Positions 57,445 to 64,000 of a stretch of DNA of 64,000 bases are shown piece by piece. The notes below the pieces were generated by a model. The model saw nothing but the letters and a program-made list of their open reading frames with translations, was not told the DNA's origin and made no database searches. This DNA comes from Anaerolineae bacterium (GTDB lineage: Bacteria > Chloroflexota > Anaerolineae > UBA1429). Within the stretch, counting starts at the first letter, position 1, and every line of letters starts with the position of its first letter. Location of the stretch: NCBI GenBank assembly GCA_963675785.1, contig OY776562.1:3104001-3168000 (forward strand), read 5' to 3'. The position numbers and the translations under genes were made by a program.

Positions 57445-59132
57445 GCCTGGTCTCCTTTGCCGGAACGGCGGATCATCTCATCGATGGCCTTGCCGACGGG
57501 TACAATGGGAAAGACATTGTGCTCCCGTTCGATGCGAAAATCGATGAGGGCGGGGCCTTTTACGGCGATCGCTTGCTCTATCGCCGAGACGACGTCCTCT
57601 TTGCTCTCCACGCGGAACCCAGGAATGCCATAGGCCTGCGCCAACATGCAAAAATCGGGCCCAAGGAGCGGTGTGCCCTCATAGTTGTGATCAAAAAAGA
57701 GCTCTTGCCATTGCCGTACCATACCGAGAAAGCCATTATTGAGCAAGGCGATCTTGATGGGGAGTTTTTCTTGTACCACGGTGGCCAGCTCTTGCAGTGT
57801 CATCTGAAAGCCACCATCACCAGCAACTACCCACACCGGGGCATCTGATCGTCCCATGGCTACGCCGATAGCGGCGGGCAGGGCAAAGCCCATGGTACCC
57901 AAACCGCCCGAAGAGATCAGGCCGCCAGCGCGCAAGTGTTGATAGTACTGTGCTTCCCACATTTGGTTCTGCCCCACGTCGCTGATGACGATAGCTTCGC
58001 CCTTGGTGGCCTGACTCAAAGCCTGCATCACATACTGGGGAACCAGCTCGTTGGATTCTTGCCAGCCCTTTTCACGGGATTGGGTATCTACTCGCCAGGA
58101 TTCGATCTGCGTTATCCAGGCTTCATGAGAAGAAGCGGGCACCAGCGGCAGCATCTTTTCCAACACATCCTTGGCGTCACCCACGATGGGCAGATCGACG
58201 CGAATGCGCTTGCCAATCTCAGCTGGTTCGATGTCCATATGGATGATGCGCGCCTTGGGGGCAAAGGTGCCAGCCGTGCTGGTCAAACGGTCATCAAAGC
58301 GCGAACCGATGGCCAGGATCAAATCGGCATTCTGCAGGGCCATGTTGGTATAGCTCTCGCCGTGCATACCGCCCATGCCTAGGCAGAGCGGACTGTTATC
58401 CGGTATGAGGCTCTTGCCCAACAAGGTGGTAACGACGGGGATGTTGGCTCGAGTGGACAGTTCGCACAGCAGGTCCTGAGCCCCAGCGACGAGCACGCCT
58501 CTGCCGGCTATGATGATCGGCTTGTCCGATTCGGCCAGCATATCCACGGCCTGGTGAATTTGCCGGATGCTGCCACGCGTGTGCGGCTTGTAGCCAGGCA
58601 GCGAGATGGTTTCAGGATAGATGAACTCGGTCAGGGCCGTTTGCACATTGACGGCGATATCCACCAATACAGCGCCAGGGCGTCCCGAGCGAGCGATGTA
58701 AAAGGATTCCCGCAGGGCTTCGGCCAATTGATTGATATCAGTGATGAGATAGTTATGCTTGACCACGGGCATGCTAATGCCGGTGATATCGACTTCTTGA
58801 AAGGCATCCGTGCCCAATTCGGGTACAGACACCTGCCCGGTGATGGCTACAATGGGCGATGAATCCATCTGTGCGTTGGCGATGCCGGTGATCAGATTGG
58901 TTGCGCCGGGCCCCGAGGTGGCGATGCAAACGCCCACCTTGCCCGTGGCGCGGGCAAAGCCATCGGCAGCGTGTGCCGCGGCTTGTTCGTGCCGCATGAC
59001 CACCTGCTTGATGGGGTAGTTGCGCATCTCGTGAAACAGCGGAATGACTTTGCCGCCGGTAATCCCGAAAACCGTCTCTACGCCTTCACGAACCAAGCAC
59101 TCCCAAACGATTTGGGCTCCGTTCAACTTCAT
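57441..59132 (-). CDS. ilvB: acetolactate synthase large subunit
   Basis: RHEQ.A.HAADG, TSGPGATN, DAFQE, GMGGMHG, DVGQNQMW, GDGGFQM, NNGFLGMVRQWQ. Confidence 0.96.
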   Translation of the reverse strand: MKLNGAQIVWECLVREGVETVFGITGGKVIPLFHEMRNYPIKQVVMRHEQAAAHAADGFARATGKVGVCIATSGPGATNLITGIANAQMDSSPIVAITGQVSVPELGTDAFQEVDITGISMPVVKHNYLITDINQLAEALRESFYIARSGRPGAVLVDIAVNVQTALTEFIYPETISLPGYKPHTRGSIRQIHQAVDMLAESDKPIIIAGRGVLVAGAQDLLCELSTRANIPVVTTLLGKSLIPDNSPLCLGMGGMHGESYTNMALQNADLILAIGSRFDDRLTSTAGTFAPKARIIHMDIEPAEIGKRIRVDLPIVGDAKDVLEKMLPLVPASSHEAWITQIESWRVDTQSREKGWQESNELVPQYVMQALSQATKGEAIVISDVGQNQMWEAQYYQHLRAGGLISSGGLGTMGFALPAAIGVAMGRSDAPVWVVAGDGGFQMTLQELATVVQEKLPIKIALLNNGFLGMVRQWQELFFDHNYEGTPLLGPDFCMLAQAYGIPGFRVESKEDVVSAIEQAIAVKGPALIDFRIEREHNVFPIVPVGKAIDEMIRRSGKGDQA

Positions 59133-59175
59133 CGCATTCCTCCAGTTGGGCGTGAGTCCATGATTTCGCTCCTCA

Positions 59176-60870
59176 TTAGCGGGTCATATCGGCGTAAAAA
59201 ACTGCGCCGGTGTCGGCCGAACTGACCAATTGCGAATAACGGTTGAGATAGCCGCGTCTGATCGTAGGCTCGAATGCGCCCAAGGCCTCAATACGGGATG
59301 CCATCTCTTCTTCTGAAAGTTCGACGGTGAGGACATGATTGGGAATATCGATGACGATCATATCGCCATCCTGCAGGGCGGCGATTGGGCCGCGGGCGGC
59401 TGCTTCTGGTGAGATGTGGCCGATAGCCGCACCGCGCGAGGCGCCGGAGAAGCGTCCATCGGTGAGAAGAGCTACTTTGTCGTCCACACCCATGCCCGAG
59501 AGCAGTGAGGTGGGCGTGAGCATCTCGCGCATTCCCGGGCCGCCTTTGGGGCCTTCGTAGCGGATAACGAGCACGTCGCCGAGTTCGAATTTGTGTGCCA
59601 TGATGGCGCTTGTGGCCTCTTCTTCCGAATCGAAAACGCGAGCCGGGCCGCGATGCTGCATCATGCTGGGGGCCACTGCTGCACGCTTGACCACGGCGCC
59701 TTTGGGAGCCAGGTTGCCAAAGAGAATGGCCAGGCCGCCAGTGGGCGAGTAGGCATTATCTGGTGTGCGGACGACGTTGCGGTCAATGCAACAGTAATCG
59801 GGTGCCCAGGGCGAACCTACGGCCAGATTTTCACTTATGGTCATGCCAGTGCAGGTGAGACAATCGCCATTCAGCAGGTCGATACCGGCCAGCTCGGCCA
59901 GAATGGCACCGATTCCGCCCGAATAGTAAAGGTCTTCGATATGCTGCTCGCCAGCGGGGGCCAGCTTGCAGATATGGGGCGTGGTGTCAGAGAATTCGTT
60001 CAATAGGCTGAGATCAAAATGCTGGCCCGCCTCATTGGCGATAGCCAGCAGATGCAGTACTGAATTAGTAGAACCACCCATGGCCATATCGGTACGAAAA
60101 GCGTTCACAAAAGCCTCACGGGTAAGGATGGCAGAAGGACAGATATTCTGCTCAAGGAGCTTCATCACCTGCATACCCGCTTTTTTAGCCAGTACCAAGC
60201 GTTCGGAATTGACGGCGGGGATGGTGCCGTTGCCGGGGAGGGCCAGACCAAGGGCTTCACAGAGGCAAGCCATGGTGTTGGCAGTGAACATGCCCGAGCA
60301 AGAGCCACAAGTGGGGCAGCAGGCGCACTCGATGCGATTGACCTCTTCCATCGACATGGTGCCGCTGCTGGCAGCGCCGACGGCCATAAAGGCGCTATTG
60401 AGGTCAAGTATTTCTGTGCCGCGGCGACCGGCAAGCATGGGGCCGCCCGTCACCATCACAGCGGGAATATCCAACCGAGCCATGGCCATAGCCATGCCGG
60501 GGATGATCTTGTCGCAAGAGGGCAGCAGGACGATGGCATCAAAGGCATGGGCCTGCACTACAGTCTCTACCGAATCGGCGATGAGCTCTCGCGAGGCCAG
60601 TGAATATTTCATGCCCTGGTGGCCCATGGCAATGCCGTCACAAATGGCGATGGTATCGACTTCAAAGGGGGTTCCGCCAGCCATATACACGCCAGCTTTG
60701 ACGGCCTCGGCCATCTGCCGCAGGTTCATGTGGCCGGGTACGATCTCGGAATAAGAGCTGATAACGCCTATTAGCGGGCGGTCGAGTTCTTCTTGTGTGC
60801 GGCCAAGCGCTCGGATGAGGGATCGGTGTGGGGCGCGTTCCAGCCCACGGGTTACAGCATGGCTTCTCAC
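59176..60870 (-). CDS. ilvD: dihydroxy-acid dehydratase
   Basis: [61 protein letters not shown]. Confidence 0.97.
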   Translation of the reverse strand: MRSHAVTRGLERAPHRSLIRALGRTQEELDRPLIGVISSYSEIVPGHMNLRQMAEAVKAGVYMAGGTPFEVDTIAICDGIAMGHQGMKYSLASRELIADSVETVVQAHAFDAIVLLPSCDKIIPGMAMAMARLDIPAVMVTGGPMLAGRRGTEILDLNSAFMAVGAASSGTMSMEEVNRIECACCPTCGSCSGMFTANTMACLCEALGLALPGNGTIPAVNSERLVLAKKAGMQVMKLLEQNICPSAILTREAFVNAFRTDMAMGGSTNSVLHLLAIANEAGQHFDLSLLNEFSDTTPHICKLAPAGEQHIEDLYYSGGIGAILAELAGIDLLNGDCLTCTGMTISENLAVGSPWAPDYCCIDRNVVRTPDNAYSPTGGLAILFGNLAPKGAVVKRAAVAPSMMQHRGPARVFDSEEEATSAIMAHKFELGDVLVIRYEGPKGGPGMREMLTPTSLLSGMGVDDKVALLTDGRFSGASRGAAIGHISPEAAARGPIAALQDGDMIVIDIPNHVLTVELSEEEMASRIEALGAFEPTIRRGYLNRYSQLVSSADTGAVFYADMTR

Positions 60871-61046
60871 GATGGTTCACTCCTTATCGCTGCAGAGGCG
60901 TATATATGGCTCATTCCGATTATTGGAAGAGTTCACTCTCGCAGCAGCGCGGAGTAGACAGAATCAAATCTGTCTGGGGGTCAACTGGCGTTGTTGACCT
61001 TGGTACCTGGGCCGCTTCAATGCGGCAGGAATGCACGAATCAGGTA

Positions 61047-61082
61047 TAAAAAAGAGCCTCACCCCTGGCTGGGGGAGGCTCT
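61047..61082 (-). terminator. attenuator terminator of the ilv-leu operon
   Basis: AGAGCCTCCCCC-AGCCA-GGGGTGAGGCTCT followed by a T-tract on the minus strand, about 25 nt after the leader peptide stop. Confidence 0.85.
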
Positions 61083-61105
61083 CCTTGCGTCAACAGGTCT
61101 TGGCT

Positions 61106-61201
61106 CTAACGACCCTCGCTCCCAACCAGCACTGGCCCCTCAATAATGAGGAGCTGTACTAGAACGAGAATCATAAAGAATGCTGCAACCAAGTTAGACA
61201 T
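61106..61201 (-). CDS. attenuator leader peptide (31 aa) MSNLVAAFFMILVLVQLLIIEGPVLVGSEGR
   Basis: Hand-translated (below the ORF track cutoff). AGGA RBS; 14 of 31 codons are Ile/Leu/Val plus a tandem Phe-Phe; followed by antiterminator/terminator sequences. Confidence 0.85.
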   Translation of the reverse strand: MSNLVAAFFMILVLVQLLIIEGPVLVGSEGR

Positions 61202-61234
61202 GTATTACAATCCTAATCGTGCGAACTTGCCGAC

Positions 61235-61263
61235 ACCATAACACACCCGGCTGGCATTGTCAA
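61235..61263 (-). promoter_or_regulatory. sigma70 promoter for the ilv-leu leader
   Basis: TTGACA-17bp-TATGGT with an extended TG. Confidence 0.75.
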
Positions 61264-61354
61264 CTCGCAGACTGACAAGTGCATGTTGTTTTGGTTGACA
61301 GGCTATGTGCATACGTGGTATTCGTCTTGAGCCGTTCTTTTCGTTAGGAGATAT

Positions 61355-61627
61355 ATGAAACGAACTTTGCAGATTCATCCATCTGATAATACTGTGGTGG
61401 CCCTGGAAGACATTCCAGCAGGAGAGACCATTCAGGTGAATGGATGCGAGCTAACTGTTGTGGAGGATGTGCGCTTTGGCCACAAGATTGCCATTGCCCC
61501 CATCGTCGCCGGCGAACAGGTTACCAAATACGGTGCCAGCATTGGCTTGGCTACGCAGCCCATTGCCGCGGGCGAGCATGTGCACACCCATAATCTGGTG
61601 AGTGTGCGAGGGAGTGCAGCCTCATGA
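61355..61627 (+). CDS. UxaA/GarD family dehydratase, SAF (small) subunit
   Basis: HPSDNTVVAL, GHKIA, KYG..IG, GEHVHTHN. Confidence 0.9.
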   Translation: MKRTLQIHPSDNTVVALEDIPAGETIQVNGCELTVVEDVRFGHKIAIAPIVAGEQVTKYGASIGLATQPIAAGEHVHTHNLVSVRGSAAS

Positions 61628-62787
61628 TAGTCGATACGTTTATGGGTTACCCACGCCCTGATGGGCATGTGGGTGTACGCAATTTGGTGGCGGTAATCCC
61701 TTCTTGTGGCTGCGCCAACCATGCTGCTCGACTGATTGCCTCGGCTGTGCCCGGGGCCGTCTTGATCGATTATCAGGGTGGTTGCAGCCAGACCGAGATG
61801 GACCTGGGCCTGGCTATGCGCATTTTGACGCAGATGGGCCAGCACCCCAACGTCATCGGCTCGGTGGTAGTGAGCTTGGGCTGTGAATCGCTGGATGCTC
61901 ACGGGCTGACTGAGCAGATCGGCCGGGGATGGGCACCCTGTGAGCTTGTGGTCATTCAAGAGGTGGGTGGTACTCGCGCGGCCGTGGAACGTGGCTGCCA
62001 ATACGCACGAGAGATGGCTCAGCAGGCTATGCAAAAGCGCCAGCCTTGCCCCGCCTCTTCTTTGCTGGTGGGCCTGGAGTGCGGTGGCTCGGACGCTACC
62101 TCGGGGCTGGCGGCCAACCCGGCGGTGGGCGCTTTTACCGATCGCCTCATTGCTCAGGGAGGCTCTGCCATTCTCTCAGAGACCAGCGAGTTGCTGGGAG
62201 CAGAGCACATTCTCTCTAACTTGGCGGCCAACGATGCTGTGCGCAAGGCCATGCTGGCCATCGTCAAGCGGGTAGAGCTTCAACTCAAGGCCACGGGCGA
62301 GGATTTGCAGGGCAAGCAGCCCAGTCCCGGCAATATCGAGGGGGGCATTACCACGGTGGAAGAAAAGGCCCTGGGCGACGTGCTCAAGGGTGGTTCTTCG
62401 CCCATTGTGGATGTGCTCGAGTACGGCGAATTGCCACGCGTCGCCGGCCTTTCGTTTATGGATACACCGGGCAATGATCCGGCTTCGGTGACGGCCATGG
62501 CTGCTGCGGGCTGCCAAATCGTCACCTTTACCACAGGGCGCGGTACGCCTTTGGGCAATGCCCTGGCCCCCGTGCTCAAGATCACGGCCAATGGAGAGAC
62601 CTACCGGCGTATGGGTAGCGATATCGATATCGATGCCAGCAGTATCATCAGCAGCCAGGCGACCATTGCCGAGGTAGGCCAGTGCATCTATGAGGCTGTG
62701 CTGGCTGCAGCCTCGGGTGAGCCGACCAGCGCCGAATTTGCCGGACATAATGAATTCGCTATTGTGCGTAACGGGCCTACTTACTGA
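61624..62787 (+). CDS. UxaA/GarD family (altronate-type) dehydratase, large subunit
   Basis: GY.R.DG.VG.RN, HPN, LGCE, GLECGGSDATSG..ANP, SPGN..GG.TT.EEKALG, FTTGRG; ATGA overlap with the small subunit. Confidence 0.9.
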   Translation: MIVDTFMGYPRPDGHVGVRNLVAVIPSCGCANHAARLIASAVPGAVLIDYQGGCSQTEMDLGLAMRILTQMGQHPNVIGSVVVSLGCESLDAHGLTEQIGRGWAPCELVVIQEVGGTRAAVERGCQYAREMAQQAMQKRQPCPASSLLVGLECGGSDATSGLAANPAVGAFTDRLIAQGGSAILSETSELLGAEHILSNLAANDAVRKAMLAIVKRVELQLKATGEDLQGKQPSPGNIEGGITTVEEKALGDVLKGGSSPIVDVLEYGELPRVAGLSFMDTPGNDPASVTAMAAAGCQIVTFTTGRGTPLGNALAPVLKITANGETYRRMGSDIDIDASSIISSQATIAEVGQCIYEAVLAAASGEPTSAEFAGHNEFAIVRNGPTY

Positions 62788-63626
62788 TCTGAGAGCATCT
62801 CTCCTAGGCCATAAAAGCGAATAGCATTGTCCCCCAGGATGTCAGAGGCTGAGGGACCTTGATCAGCACAATAATCGGCAATCACATCGATGACCTGGGC
62901 ATAACTGCCGGCCAGGGTGCACACCGGCCAATCCGAACCCAGCATCAAGCGGTCAGGACCAAAGGCGTCATAAACGACATCGATATAGGGCCGCAGGTCA
63001 GTGAGCTGCCAATGCTGCCAATCGGCTTCGGTCACCATGCCCGAGAGTTTGCAATATACTGTCGGGGCTTGGGCCAGGCGGCGGATATCTTCTTCCCAGC
63101 CGTTCATTGCCCCCAAGGCGATGGGCGGCTTGGCCAGATGATCCAATACAAAAGGTTGATCGGGGCAGAGATCAACCAGTTCAGAGGCGGCTTGAAGCTG
63201 ATTGGGTCTCACCAGCAGGTCATAAGTGAGACCGTAGCTACCCAATAGCTGGACACCCCGCACGAAATCGTTCCCCAGTATGAAATCTGTTTCGGGTTCG
63301 TCCTCCACCACGTGGCGCACGCCAACGAACTGTCTCTCTATGCTAAACAGTTCCAGTTGCTCTTCCACCCTGTCAGAACGCAGGTCAACCCAGCCCACTA
63401 CGCCTTTGATGAAATCATACTTGTCAGCCAATTCCAAAAGCCAACGCGTCTCTTCCAGCGTTTGGCGAGCCTGTACGGCTACGGTGCCACCCATATCCAG
63501 AGCTGTAAGCAGTGGATGCAAATGCGCAGGTAGGTAATCGCGCTTGAGTGCGTCCATCTTGGCGCCCATCCAGCTGTATTCTTCATCATTGTAGTGCCAA
63601 AAATGCTGATGTGCGTCGATTTTCAT
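62781..63626 (-). CDS. amidohydrolase family sugar lactonase (L-fuconolactonase-like)
   Basis: IDAHQHFW, VQA, GVVGWVDL, GVRH, LDHLAKP, KLSG, GSDWPV; start MKIDAH overlapping the AKR stop. Confidence 0.9.
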   Translation of the reverse strand: MKIDAHQHFWHYNDEEYSWMGAKMDALKRDYLPAHLHPLLTALDMGGTVAVQARQTLEETRWLLELADKYDFIKGVVGWVDLRSDRVEEQLELFSIERQFVGVRHVVEDEPETDFILGNDFVRGVQLLGSYGLTYDLLVRPNQLQAASELVDLCPDQPFVLDHLAKPPIALGAMNGWEEDIRRLAQAPTVYCKLSGMVTEADWQHWQLTDLRPYIDVVYDAFGPDRLMLGSDWPVCTLAGSYAQVIDVIADYCADQGPSASDILGDNAIRFYGLGEMLSDQ

Positions 63627-64000
63627 GCTCTGGCCTCCATAGCGCCGTCGTCGAAATTTTCGGGTAGACCCGACTGCCAGGGGATGTTTTTGACCGGCCC
63701 GAGGATGGCAACAACGCCCGCCAACAGTTCGGGGTCTGGGGTGATGCCCACGTTGGCAATATTCTTTTCCACATGACGCGTTTTGCTCATGCCCACCAGG
63801 GTGGTGGCGGCGCGCTCGTAGCCCAGGGCATATTGCATGGCTAGATCGGCAATATCCACGCCGCGCTCGTGGCAATAGACGGCTGCCTCGCGCCCGGCTT
63901 GGATGACCGATGCAGGAGAGGGGTGCCATTCAGGTGCACCCTTTTCGGTGAGCACGCGCATGTGTAATGGCGAGGCGTTGATCAGCCCCGGCCCCTTTTC
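63623..64000 (-). CDS. aldo/keto reductase (L-galactose/L-fucose dehydrogenase-like), partial
   Basis: C-terminal fragment GLINASPLHM..LT..G.PEWHP, LAMQYAL, TTLVGM, W.SG.PEN; 5' end lies outside the window. Confidence 0.75.
   Translation of the reverse strand, partial: EKGPGLINASPLHMRVLTEKGAPEWHPSPASVIQAGREAAVYCHERGVDIADLAMQYALGYERAATTLVGMSKTRHVEKNIANVGITPDPELLAGVVAILGPVKNIPWQSGLPENFDDGAMEARA

Overview
Bacterial chromosomal window of mostly housekeeping and carbohydrate genes. I saw no IS, prophage, CRISPR array, rRNA or tRNA. Gene content and the mix of T-box and leader-peptide regulation suggest an anaerobic Chloroflexota (Anaerolineae-like) organism; this is inference only. Contents in order: a partial GH38 alpha-mannosidase, a rhomboid protease, trpS under a Trp T-box, a two-component pair, galT, an M23 peptidase, a PDO/nagA/DUF1848 cluster, glgP, kduD/MFS, proBA, sugar oxidoreductases, nadCAB, a 12-gene ilv-leu-cimA-thrC-pheA operon with an unannotated Ile/Leu/Val/Phe leader-peptide attenuator, and a split uxaA next to a lactonase and aldo-keto reductase. 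The standout is 20173-28622, where two convergent transcription units are each headed by a Moco-class riboswitch. One lacks stem P3 (tungsten-cofactor type) and one has P3 (molybdenum-cofactor type). Together they control an ECF transporter whose YkoE-like S-component is fused to two Cys-less molybdopterin-binding (sulfite-oxidase-fold) domains, a membrane HdrD/GlpC-like Fe-S protein, a CxxCH heme protein with two more such domains, a nucleotide-pyrophosphatase lipoprotein and a stand-alone Cys-less molybdopterin-binding lipoprotein. I interpret this as a candidate Moco/Wco (molybdopterin) scavenging and import system; the function is inferred, not demonstrated.
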